64,000 nt of DNA, from NCBI GenBank assembly GCA_951406725.2, contig OX597821.1, positions 102,486,001 through 102,550,000 on the forward strand, read 5' to 3'. The notes under the pieces were generated by a model. That model was not told the origin of the DNA, ran no database searches, and saw only the letters and a program-made list of their open reading frames with translations. The position numbers were made by a program, and so were the translations under genes. This document shows, in pieces, positions 14,250-26,351 of this stretch. How positions within the stretch are numbered: position 1 is the stretch's first letter; the number at the start of each line of letters is the position of its first letter. Origin of the DNA: Octopus vulgaris. Its lineage: Eukaryota.

Positions 14250-15880
14250 GTAATTATTGAAATTATTTCTTTTTAATGATACTCAATTTATAATATCGAT
14301 TAATTGAGTTGCTTGATATCTCTGGCTCGCAACGATTTTTATTAATTTTTTTGTCTTGTTTTGTGATGTGGTTAAAAAAATAGTCTTCATCTTCTAAAGC
14401 AAAAATATAATTGGTAAAAAAAGAAAGAAAAAAGGCCTGGTAAAAAAAAAAAAAAAAAAAAAAAAAACCGGCAAAAAAAACAAGGGCCTGGTAAAAAATA
14501 AGGCCTGGTAAAAATAATAATAGAGAATTGAAATAATTTCATTACCAGGTATGTGATACCTGTGAATCAATATTCTAAACCAAATCTTTGCATGTTGTGG
14601 TTGGTTTAATGATGAAATAATCATAGTATTTTCTGGATGGCAGGCCTTCGATTGCATGAAATTTTATTTCTATATTCATTAAAATTTATTTCTTTAACTC
14701 CCTGTCCTCTTTCTCACACACGTGTGCACATGCATACACACACATACATGGGACTAATTTGGAGCAGGATTTTAAAGCCAGATGCTTTGAAAGGGAAGCG
14801 AGGCAAAGACCATCAACATCACCACACTGTTTTACTCTGGCAGTGACATGCACGGCCTTAGAACATCAACACACACACACACACACCTTTTATCTTTTGC
14901 TTGTTTCAATCATTAGACTGTGGTCATTCAGAGAAGCTTTAGTCAAATTAATCAACCTTAGTACTTTTCTCTTTAACCCTGATACTTATTCTGTAATTTC
15001 ACCCCATTCCAGCCAAACTGCTAAGTAACGGGGATGTAAACAAACTATCAAGCTGTGGTGGGGGACAAACACAGACACAAAAACATACATGCATATATAT
15101 ATATATATTGGTGCAGGCATGGCTGTGTGGTAAGAGGTTTGCTTCCCAACCACATGGTTCCAGGTTCAGTCCCACTGTGTGGCACGTTGGGCAAGTGAGT
15201 GGATTTGGTAGATGGAAACTGATAAAAGCCCATTATATATTCTTTTATTTGTTTCAGTCATTTGACTGCAGCCCTGCTGGGGCACCACCTTTAGTTGAAG
15301 AAATCAACCCCAAAAATTTTCTTTGTAAACTTACTACTTATTCTTTTGGTCTCTTTTGCCTAACCCCGAACCGCTAAGTTACGAGGATGTAAATGCACCA
15401 ACATCGGTTGTCAACTGATGGTGGGGGTGGGGGGGACAAACATAGACACACGAATACACACACACATATATATATATATACACGACAGGCTTCTTTCAGT
15501 TTTCGTCTACCAAATTCACTCAGAAGGCTTTGGTTGGCCCAAGGCTATAGTAAAAGATACTTGCCCGATGTGCCACGCAGTGGGACTGAACATGGAACCA
15601 TGTGGTTGGCAAGCAAGCTACTTGCCATACAGGCACCACTGTGCCTATATATATATATATATAAGTATATATATATATAAGTATATATTTTTGTGTCTGT
15701 GTTTGTTCCCCCACACCATCACTTGACAACCAATGTTGATGTGTTTACATCCCCGTAACATTAGCAGTTTGGCAAATGAGGTCGATAAAGTACTAGGGTT
15801 ACAAAGAATAAGTCCTGGGGTTAATTTGTCCGACTGAAGTTAGTGCTTCAGCATGGCCTCAGTAAAATGACTGAAACAAG

Positions 15881-15914
<34 letters not shown>

Positions 15915-15917
<3 letters not shown>

Positions 15918-17140
15918 AAAGTATTAGTAAGCAGCAAGAGGTACTCAACACACATCCCCTCGGGTAGGTGGCCCTGCTCAACCTGTAGGAAAGGTACAGG
16001 TAGAAACTCCATAAGATGCACCCAATGTAAGTTATGGACACATAAGAGGTGCAGCAACATTAAAGGGAAATTAACAGATAAGATAGCTTTCATGTGCGGC
16101 AGATGCACAGGGACAATAGACACAACAGACACTCAGAAAACAGATTCCATCACACTCCAGGGAGAGAAACTAGAAGTAGTTGATAGTTTCCGCTACCTGG
16201 GAGACCAAGTTAGTAGCGGAGGTGGATGCACAGAGAGTATCACCACTAGAATACGAATAGCCTGGGCAAAGTTCAGAAAGCTCCTACCCCTACTGGCAAC
16301 AAAAAGGCCTCTCCCTCAGAGCAAAAGGTAGATTGTATGATGCATGTGTGCGAACTGCCATGCTTCACGGTAATGAAACATGGGCTGTGACTGCAGAAGA
16401 CATGCGTAGACTTGAAAGAAATGAAGCTAGCATGATCCGCTGGATGTGTAGTGTCAGTGTGCACGCAAAACAGAGTGTAAGTATCCTGAGAGAAATGCTG
16501 GATATAAGAAGCATCAGATGTGGTGTGCAAGAGCGACGCTTGCGATGGTATGGTCATGTGCTGCGGATGGATGAAGAGAGATGTGTGAAGAAGTGCCACT
16601 CCCAAACAGTTGAAGGTATCAGGGGGAGAGGTAGACCCAGGAAGACATGGGATGAGGTGGTCAAGCATGACCTCAGAGCATTGGGCCTCACTGAGGCAAT
16701 GGCGAAGGACCGAGATCTCTGGAGATATGCTGTGACTACAAAGACCCGGGCTGCTTTCTGCAGCAATTCCACATACCCCCTACCCATTCTAAGTACCCCG
16801 GATCCCCAAAGTACCCCGGATCCCCAAAGTACCCTGGATCCCCAAAATACCCCGATCCCCAAAGTACCCCGGACCTCGTTGCCCCCGTGCCGCTGACACG
16901 TTAAAATGCTCGAACCGATCGTGACGATGCCGGACCCTCCGGCCCCTGTGCAGGTGGCACGTAAAAAGCACCCAATCCACTCACGGAGTGGTTGGCGTTA
17001 GGAAGGGCATCCAGCCGTAGAAACTCTGCCAGATTCAGACTGGAGCCTGGAGCGGCCCCTGGCTTCCCAGACCCGGTCAAACCGTCCAACCCGTGCTAGC
17101 GCGGAAAGCGGACGTTAAACGATGATGATGATGATGATGA
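15915..17140 (+). mobile_element. 5'-truncated RTE-clade LINE (3' end of ORF + 3' UTR with (GAT)n tail)
   Basis: TKVL...PHD-like Cys/His finger...EKLEVVDSFRYLGD...RIRIAWAKF...RRLRWYGHVLRM...RGRGRPRKTW; one frameshift near 16305; inserted in a (TA)n tract; ends gacgttaaac(gat)n. Confidence 0.9.
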
Positions 17141-18259
17141 TATATATATATATATAATGGGGGCACGATAGCCAATAGCAAAGGGAGATAATCTCCAATT
17201 GTTACCTTTGAATAGTTAGACATTTCCCCCACCATATTTTGAAGAGGTCATGGGCCAACAGGTTTTCGGGATCTGGTGATATACCATAAAGCTAAACCCT
17301 TTATGGATGGGAAACCTTAGGTAATCCCAATAAACCGGCCTTCCCTATTAATATATATATATATATATATGACAAGCTTCTTTTAGTTTCCATCTGCTAA
17401 TGCCTGAGGCTATTGCAATAGACACCGGCTGAAGGTGCCACACAGTGTGACTGGACCCCAAAACCATGTGGTGGGGAAGCAAACTGTGAAGCTATGACCT
17501 CATAGACCTCATACTGTCTACCAAATTCACTCAGAAGGCTTTGGTCGGCTCAAGGCTATAGTAAAAGACACTTGCCCGATGTGCCACGCAGTGGGACTGA
17601 ACATGGAACCATGTGGTTGGTAAGCAAGCTACTTGCCATACAGGCACTACTGTGCCTATATATCAGTATTTCATTGCATCAGTATTTCATTGCATAACAG
17701 TTGAGAAAATAAGCAATCAGAAAGATATTATGATTGAAGAAAAAAAAATATGGTAATATATATATATGTTCTACTGTTCAATCATGTATTATGATTGAAT
17801 CGTATAACTTGTGGTAATCTTGTGTGTCAAGTTGGTTTTACTCCACTGATGAAGTGACTCCATTCCACTAGCATTGCTTCTGCCCTTGAGAAGAGCAAAA
17901 ATATCACACAATCTCTCTTTTTTATTTTTGCTATGAATATGTGATGAAGTGATCAATCGATATTTTATGAATTTCTGATTAAGTGGTCAATCAATATTTT
18001 ATGATTAGACATATAAATTATATATTCCTTTCTCTTAATAAAACAAATTGGCTTCTTGCCCAAGAAAATGTATATTATTATATGAATCCTTTTTTAACTG
18101 TACACACGCTTACAAATGTGTAAGTGTGTGTATGTATGTGTTAGTATGTATGTGTGTGTATATTTGTGCACATGTATATATGTGTATATAAATTGTATAT
18201 ATGTTTTTATATTTGTGAAGGTAATTTTTATTTTCAATTCTTTCTCTCTTTTTCTCTAG

Positions 18260-18373
18260 TCATTGAAAAAACTTGGCAAAGACCGGCTTATATTAATGCT
18301 CTGTGTAGCAGTCTTTTTATCATACCTGCCTGAAGCTGGAGAGTACTCCTGTTTCTTTGTGTATTTAAGATTG
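18260..18373 (+). CDS. MFSD14: MFSD14/HIAT1 coding exon
   Basis: ctctAG acceptor, GTAAGA donor; 114 nt; SLKKLGKDRLILMLCVAVFLSYLPEAGEYSCFFVYLRL. Confidence 0.95.
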
Positions 18374-20203
18374 GTAAGATTTAAGATTTTGTTCAAATCT
18401 GTCTGTGATGTAAATCTGGCAGTCACTACTGTTAAAATTATAATCATTTCAATGTTTTTATGGTGCATGACTTCTGCCTATTAAATTGGGTTGGCATGCT
18501 AGAGTGATTTAAAATTTACTGAAATAAATACATATTGTGTGTGTGTGTGTGTATATGCATATGTGTATGTGTGTGTATATGCATATGTGTATGTGTGTGT
18601 ATATGTATTTATATATAAGTGTATGTGTGACATATATGTATGTGTTGCAAATGGTGTGTTGAATTTTGTTGCTCTTAAGAGTGTGGATCGAGAACATTTA
18701 GCTGCTATTTTTGGCATGTCAGTTGGCTCCATTAAAGCTTCCCTTGTTGGCATTAGACTGTATTTGTTCTGATTAAAAGCATTAGTTCTTAAAACTTTTT
18801 GTTTCCACCACTTATTCTAGTCACAACCCCAGTTACCTCTTCCTGCACACCACTCTGATCTTTTCGCATTGATAACAGAGATATTTTGATTTATTGATCA
18901 ATGTAAATATCAACAGAAGATCTTAATTTTTATTGAACATTTATAGATTACTTAAAAAGGACTTTGGCTATCACCTTAGTCTGACTTTTATTATTTCTAT
19001 TAGAATTTTAACTATTAGCTAATTATATTTCAATGCTGTTCAGCCCATGTCAGCATAAAAAGCAAACATTGACTAATAATAACTCTCCATATCCTCTTTT
19101 ATGCTCACATTCTTGTACCTTGAGGGTTTGCCCTACCTACCCCCCATCACTACCATTGTATCGTCTTCACAGCTACACCCAGACACCCTTGTAAAACGTT
19201 GGGTATCTATGTATGTTCTCTATAACAAGACTCATGAACTTTTCCCTCTATCATGTTTTTTATTTATTTATTTATTTTATTTTTATTTATGTGCCCTTTT
19301 CAAGCCTAGCCAGGCTCATGGGCCCGGTTTCTATGGCATATGTGTTCGCCCCAGCTGGATGGGACGCCAGTCCATCGCAGCATTACTCAAGAAACAGGAA
19401 GAAAGAGTGAGAGAAAGTTGGGGCGAAAGAGTACAACAGGGGTCGCCACCACTCCTTGCTGGAACCTCGTGGAGCTTTAGGTGTTTTCGCTCAATAAACA
19501 CACACATCTCCCGGTCTGGGAATCGAAACCACGATCCTTCGACCGCGAGTCCGCTGCCCTAACTACTGGGCCATTGCACCTCCACATGTTTTAGGCTCTC
19601 AAATTGTGGCATAAAGCCACCTCTCTCTCAAATACTTCCCTCCCACTTTGTTGAGATAATGGATGGGTTTTTCCTTTTTTTAATTTTTTCCTTTTTGTTC
19701 TTGTGCTCTTTTCATGTCTCACAAAATGCTTGGCAACTTCACCGGTGCTGGTGGTTCAAGAAAAGCACCTAATACTCACTGTAGAGTGGTTGGTGTTAAG
19801 GACATCCAGCTGTAGAAACCATGTCAAAGCTGATATTGGGACTTGTCACAGCGCTGCGGTTTGCCAGTTCCTGTCAAACTATCCAATCCATATGAGCTTG
19901 GAAAATGTATACTAAATGATGACAAACAAATACTCTATTGATGCTTGAAGTTATTGCTTCACTTCATGGTTACATGGAAACTCCATTACCAAGTTCCTTC
20001 AGTGTATCTTTATCCAGATTTTACTCTGAATGTTTCATTTCCACTGAGCTAAATAAATGCAGAATTTATAGAGCATTAAACAAGAAAAGTCTAGTATTTG
20101 ATTACCTCCCTTTGCGTTCTGGGTTTCAATCCCATCCACATTCACTTTGCTGAATATCAACAAAATAATACTCTAGGATGTAGTGTCACACATTGCTCTA
20201 GAC

Positions 20204-20703
20204 CAGTGTTTCCCGACCTATTTTCTCCCAGGCCCCACAATAGCTTTCCAGAAAAATGCATGCCCCACTAGTGGTTTGGAAAAAGGATTTTATTTTTAAC
20301 ACCCTATCACAGTTATTTGATACAAAAGAACCTACCAGTAACTCTTAAGTACTGAGTACCAAAAGAAAGTACGTTATTGACTAAGAAAAAAAAGTGAATC
20401 TCTTTAACGAGGACTTTATGCCTGGCAACTGTGGCAGATTTCCTTGATGTGAGGAGACAGTTTCGTTAGCTTCAGCTGTAGCATTAAAACAGTGCTATAC
20501 TGTAGTAAACAATCTTCACATGGTATGCTTGCCTGGAGGGATTGGTTTGGTTAGGCTGAGTATAGGTGTAGTGTGTTTGCTGTGAAAAAAGCTTTTCACA
20601 GTTCCATGTCCCACTTAAAAAAAAAAAATTTGGGGTCCCATGCTCTATTACAAATTTTCAAAGCCCCACCAGTGGGGTGTATGCCTCACGTTAGGAATCA
20701 CTA
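20204..20703. mobile_element. hAT (Charlie-like) MITE
   Basis: Perfect 8-bp TSD ctctagac (20196-20203, 20704-20711); imperfect TIRs cagtgtttcccgac / gttaggaatcacta. A similar right end lies at ~455-469. Confidence 0.85.
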
Positions 20704-20740
20704 CTCTAGACAAATTAACCGAAACCAAATAATAATAATG

Positions 20741-20776
<36 letters not shown>

Positions 20777-21325
20777 TGCCCTGATGCAGTACTGGACAGT
20801 GGCTCTCATGGCTGCTGATCTTAACTGATTGGAAGTGTTATCATGTACATTGTTTTGTCTTGGTATAAAAGATGGGCTACAGCAAATATTCTGCTCAGTA
20901 CCACAGATTTGCTTGTCAGTTGTCAGTTGTTTGACCATAACCAGTTGAGCATGTCTCTTAGTGGCTGACAATATAAGCATCTCTGATCACGAGCAGAAGT
21001 AGTGGGGGAGCATCATAGCCATGTGTTGAGAGGAGTTCTTTGGGATTCGAATAATTCACCTCTGGAAACATGGGTGTTTCGTTCAACATCCTTAACCCTT
21101 ATTCAGGGACCTTTTGAGCAGGATGGGTTACTCGACCAGAAGAAAATTCTAACTGGGCCCCCACCTGCAAGATCATGTGCTGTTTATCACCATGTCGCGC
21201 ACATATGGTTGTGATGCATGTGCCTAGTGTACCCTTATCAGACAGGTAGTCATGATGGGTATACTGGGCTTCGTATATTTTACCCCAGTGTCACTTTGAT
21301 GGCATGCACTGCTCTCTCACTCAAT
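20777..21325 (+). mobile_element. ~550-bp non-coding dispersed repeat sitting in trinucleotide tracts; inverted copy at 4165-4712 and internally deleted copy at 7505-7750
   Basis: Direct by-eye alignment of the three copies (atgccctgatgcagtac...gatggcatgcactgctctctcactcaat). Confidence 0.85.
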
Positions 21326-21357
21326 TATAATAGTAAGAATAATAATAATAATAATAA

Positions 21358-21765
21358 GTTTTCCCACTGATAAAAATATATTTGTCAAGGAATTTGACAA
21401 AGTAAGTAAATATAAGAACTTGGAAATTGAAATGCAAAAGATGTGGCATCTTAGAATGAGAACTGTTCCTGTTATTGTAGGTACCCTAGTTATGATGTCA
21501 GAAACATCTAGATATTATCCCTGGAGAACCATGCCTCGGAGAAATCCAAAAGATGGTACTGACAAGTACTGCCCACATCCTTAGAAAAAGCCTATCCATT
21601 TAAATGTCTGTGTTGTATTACATGAAGATATTTTGCTACTGCCCCTACCACTTCCCCTTCCTAAACTTTCAGTCATACTGTAATATCTCTTATCCTTCAC
21701 TTACCTCAGGACAATGGGTGTGTCTCAGCATGTGACTGTAACAAACATGCAAATTGAAAGTAAAG
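21358..21765 (+). mobile_element. RLE-type non-LTR retrotransposon (R4/Dong-like) 3' fragment in a (TAA)n tract
   Basis: PTDKNIFVKEFDKVSKYKNLEIEMQKMW...VPVIVGTL...EIQKMVLTSTAHILRKSL; TAA repeats on both sides. Confidence 0.8.
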
Positions 21766-22122
21766 AATAATAATAATAATGATAATAATAATAATAATCT
21801 TTTCTGCTATGGGCACAAGGCATGAAATTTAGAGGGAAAGGTTTAGTCGATTACATTGACCCCAGTGCTCAGCTGGTACTTATTTCATTGACCTCAACAG
21901 GAAGAAAGGTGACCTCAGTGATATTTCAACTCTGAACCTAAAGTTCGATGGAATGCTACTAAACATGCTAACAATTCCACTAGCTTGCCATCTTAGTAGT
22001 AGTAGTAATAATAATGTTAATAATAATAATAGTAATAATAAACAAGAGAATCTGTACTTTAATGATTTCATCCTCCTTGCTCAATGAGTTATCTTATTGT
22101 TCTCTCTTTCATTTCTTTCCAG

Positions 22123-22194
22123 GTCATGGGATTTTCTGCTGAAGAAGTCGCCTCTTTCATAGCTGTTGTTGGTGTTTTATCTGTAGTCGCACAA
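22123..22194 (+). CDS. MFSD14: MFSD14/HIAT1 coding exon
   Basis: ttccAG acceptor, GTAAGT donor; 72 nt; VMGFSAEEVASFIAVVGVLSVVAQ, in frame with neighbouring exons. Confidence 0.92.
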
Positions 22195-22576
22195 GTAAGT
22201 TGATTTTTGTTGGATTTTAAACTTTGCTGCTGTGGTACAATGAAAGTTTTCCACTGCTGACAGACTGTCTAATTTGATAATAATTTTATTACACACCTGA
22301 CCTTCCATAGTTATATATAAATTTAGTTCACCATACATCCCTTCTGAGACAAGAGGGAAATTCAATGCTATGCCCATTTCTCTTTGTTTCTCTTTTTCTT
22401 CTTTCAGTCATTTGACTGCGGCTATGCTGGAGCACCGCCTTTAGTCGAGCAAATTGACCCCATGACTTATTCTTTAGAAGCCTAGTACTTATTCTATCGG
22501 TCTCTTTTGCCGAACCGTTAAGTTACAGGGACGTAAACACACCAGTGTTGGTTGTCAAGCTATATTGGGGAGACAG

Positions 22577-22614
<38 letters not shown>

Positions 22615-22901
22615 TATACGACGGGCTTCTTTCAGTTTTTGTCTACCAAATCCTCTCACAAGGCTTTGGTCGGCCCGAGGCTATAGTAGAAGACACTTGC
22701 CGAAGGTGCCACACAGTGGGAATGAACCCGGAACCGTGTGGTTGGTGAGCGAGCTACTTACCACACAGCCACTCCTGCGCCTATATCCTGCTGAATATTT
22801 TCTTTCTTCTCGGTATGATTTGAATGAATTTGACATATTTACTGTATCAAGTCTTAGCTGAAGCAGATATGTTAGCAGTAGCATGACTAGTGTTAGCAGT
22901 G

Positions 22902-23293
22902 GATGGAAGCACTCTGTCGGTTGCGACGACGAGGGTTCCGGTTGATCCGAATCAACGGAACAGCCTGCTCGTGAAATTAACGTGTAAGTGGCTGAGCACT
23001 CCACAGACACGTGCACCCTTAACGTAGTTCCCGGGGATATTCAGCGTGACACAGAGAGTGACAAGGCTGGCCCTTTGAAATACAGGTACAACAGAAACAG
23101 GAAGTAAGAGAGTGAGTGAAAGTTGTGGTGAAAGAGTACAGCAGGGATCACCACCATCCCCTGCCGGAGCCCCGTGGAGCTTTAGGTGTTTTCGCTCAAT
23201 AAACACTCACAACGCCCGGTCTGGGAATCGAAACCGCGATCCTATGACCGCGAGTCCGCTGCCCTAACCACTGGGCCATTGCGCCTCCACTGT
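22902..23293 (-). mobile_element. tRNA-derived SINE family 1 (related copies ~5180-5465, 19295-19585, 30432-30713, 40760-41030, 45155-45420)
   Basis: Head with A box (tggcccagtggttagg) and B box (gtttcgattcc); 12-bp TSD gtgttagcagtg at 22890-22901 and 23294-23305. Confidence 0.85.
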
Positions 23294-23964
23294 GTGTTAG
23301 CAGTGCCATACATGTTAACATTGACTGCAATGTTAGTTGACGCAAATATGTTAACACCATGGCTTCTGTGTTTGTTGACACGGCCATGTTGATAATATGG
23401 CCACATGGATATGTTAACCTATGTGGTTAGTGGACACAGGTATGTTGACACTATAACGACAATGTTAGTTGACATATCTTTCACTTTTTTTTTTACTTGT
23501 TTCAGTTATTAGACTGCGGCCATGCTGGGGCACCACAATAAGAAACTTTCATCGACTGAATCAACCACCTAAACTACTTATTTTCCCCTTTTATGCTGGG
23601 TACTTATTCTATCAGTCTCTTTTGGTGCACTGTTAGGTTATGGGTATGTAAACTCACCAACACTGGTTGTCAAGTGGCGGTGTGGGCCAAACACACAAAC
23701 ACACACACATGATGGGCTACTTTTAGTTTCCATCTACTAAATTCACTTACAAGGCTTTGGTTGGCTTGAAGCTGTAGTAGAAAATACTTGCCCAAGGTGT
23801 CATGTAGAGGGGCTGAACCTGTAACCATGTGGTTGGGAAGCAAACTTCTTACTACGCAGCAATGCCTGCACCAGTTAAGACATACTCTCTCTTTCTCTCA
23901 TATATATGTGTGTGTGTGTGTGTGTGTGAAAAGCACCCAGTACATTCTGTAAAGTAGTTGGCTT

Positions 23965-24355
23965 AGGAATGACTGTGTAGTAAGTAGCTTGCTTACGAAC
24001 CACATGGTTCCGGGTTCAGTTCCACTGTGTAGCAGCTTGGGCAAGTGTCTTCTACTATAGCCTTGGGCCGACCAAACCCTTGTGAGTGGATTTGGTTGAC
24101 AGAAACTGAAAGAAGCCCATCGCATAATATATATGTATATGTGTGTATATGTTTGTGTGTCTGTGTTTGTCCCCCCTACATCGCTTGACAACCGATACTG
24201 GCGTGTTTACGTCCCCGTGACTAAGAAGTTCGGCAAAAGAGACCAATAGAATAAGTACTAGGCTTCCAAAGAATATGTCCTGGGGGGTCGATTTGCTCGA
24301 CTAAAGGCGGTGCTCCAGCATGGCCACAGTCAAATGACTGAAACAAGTAAAAGAG
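23965..24355 (+). mobile_element. tRNA-derived SINE family 2 with internal microsatellite (copies ~9413-9800, 11225-11592, 15240-15645, 22400-22782, 23490-23870, 26960-27340, 29905-30160, 45485-46280)
   Basis: gtggtaag...ggttccgggttcagtcccactg head, ccttgggcaagtg CORE-like segment, (TA/TG)n linker, tail gcggtgctccagcatggcc...tgactgaaacaagtaaaaga. Confidence 0.85.
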
Positions 24356-24975
24356 TATTATTGTTATCATAGCCTGAGGCTATAGCAGAAGACACTTGCC
24401 CAACGTTCCACTCAAGGGTACTGAACTTGGAACCATATGGTTAGGAAGCAAGCTTCTTGCCACACAGCCATGCCTGCACCTATTTATTACCTGTTCACTT
24501 CCTGTGCATATTCTATGTGCATATGTTCTATGTACTTTGGCATTATGCCGTGCTTGAGATGAAGACCCATCCAGCTGAGTAAAATCACAGTTGCGACAGA
24601 ACTGGTGTCACACAAATGGCACCTGTTCCGGTGGCACGTAAAAGCACCCATTATAGCCATAGAAAGCATGTCAAATCAGACTGGAGTCTGGTGCAGCCTT
24701 TTAGCTTACCAGCCCTGGTCAAACTGTCCAACCCATGCCAGCATGGACAACGGATGTTAAATGATGATGAAGATGTTCATGCAGTTTTGGCTCCTTTTTC
24801 TGACGAGTTCTAGCGTACCTGAGCATTGTATATTATAAGTTCATTATTATTATTATTTAATACATTTGCATCCTGTAATAGAGTGTTAAAAGGAAAATCA
24901 CAGTTTTATTAAAGGTATTGCAGTTTGTAAATGTTCCTTTTTTATTTTATATTTTCTCTTTCTCTTCCTCTCCAG

Positions 24976-25088
24976 ACATTGGTTCTCACTCTGCTAATGA
25001 GATATCTTGGATATAAACATGCTATTATGTTTGGTCTAGTCTTTGAAATGGTCCAACTTGCCTGTTATGGATTTGGATCTCAGACTTG
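24976..25088 (+). CDS. MFSD14: MFSD14/HIAT1 coding exon
   Basis: ctccAG acceptor, GTGAGT donor; 113 nt; TLVLTLLMRYLGYKHAIMFGLVFEMVQLACYGFGSQT(W). Confidence 0.92.
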
Positions 25089-25598
25089 GTGAGTAAATAA
25101 TGCATTTAGGAATAATAATAATAATAATAATACTTTCTATTATAGGCACAAGGCTTGAAATTTTGGGGGAGGCGGGGCCAGTCGATTAGATCGATCCCAG
25201 TACACAACTGGTACTTAATTTATCGACCCTGAAAGAATGAGAGGCAAAGCTGACCTCAGTGGAATTTGAACTCAGAATGTAGTGACGGGTGAAATATCAC
25301 TAAGCATTTCGTCTGGCGTGCTAACGATTCTGCCAGCTCACTGCCTTAATAATAATAATAATAATAATAATTCTATTATAGGCACAAAGTTTGAAATTTG
25401 GCAGGGGAGAAAGGCTATTCAATTACATTGACTCCATCATATAACTGGTACTTTATTTTATTGACCTTGAAAGTATGAAAGGCAAAATCAACCTCATTGG
25501 AACTTGAAATCAGAATGTAAAGATGGATGAAATGTTGCTAAGCATTTTGTCTGGCAAGCTAACGATTCTGCCAGATTGCCACCTTAATCATCACCACC

Positions 25599-25630
<32 letters not shown>

Positions 25631-26253
25631 TGTTTACCGTCTGCTTTCCATGCTGGCATAGGTTGGATGGTTTGACTGAGGACTGGCGAGCCAGATGGCT
25701 GCACAAGGCTCCAGTCTGATCTGGCGGTTTTTACAGCTGGATGCCCTTCCTAATGTCAACCACTCTGAGAGTGTAGTGGGTGCTTTTACGTGCCCCGGGC
25801 ACGAGAGCCAGTCAGCCCAAAACAGACTGGAACTTGGTGCAGCTCTCTGGTTTACCAGCTCTAGTCAGACCATCTAACCCATGCCAGCATGGAAAACGAT
25901 GACGACAAGGATGATGATGATGATGATTATTATTATTATTATTATTATGTTGTTGTATAGAAAGTGTTTAATCAGATTAAATATTATTTTATAGAAAAAT
26001 TAAAAATTGAATAGCATTTAGTTCTTATGTATAATGTAGACCAGGAATACTTAAGTTCAAGAAAATTCATTAAAACGGTGTGTATTATACATGAACAAAT
26101 ATAGTATGTCTCTTGTATGTATTTACCCTTTATATGGCCACTATTTAATATTTTTGTTTTGTTTACATTAACTTGTTTCATTTATACACTACGATGTTGC
26201 AAGTTATTTTCTCATCTCTGTTCATTCATTTTTATTCTTTGATCTTGTTTCAG

Positions 26254-26351
26254 GATTGTTTGGTGTTCAGGTGCTATTGCCGCCATGTCCAGCATCACCT
26301 ACCCTGCCATCAGCTCTTTTGTATCTGCTCATGTCTATGCTGACCAACAAG
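26254..26351 (+). CDS. MFSD14: MFSD14/HIAT1 coding exon
   Basis: tttcAG acceptor, GTAAAC donor; 98 nt; (W)IVWCSGAIAAMSSITYPAISSFVSAHVYADQQ(G). Confidence 0.93.

Noticed and set aside
13614-14276. 220-aa ORF as a single-exon gene
   Set aside because: Only 14031-14249 is exon; the rest is intron (repeat remnant and pyrimidine tract) that happens to be open.
23215-23290. SINE heads as functional tRNA genes
   Set aside because: They continue into SINE bodies, have TSDs and lack a proper acceptor stem.
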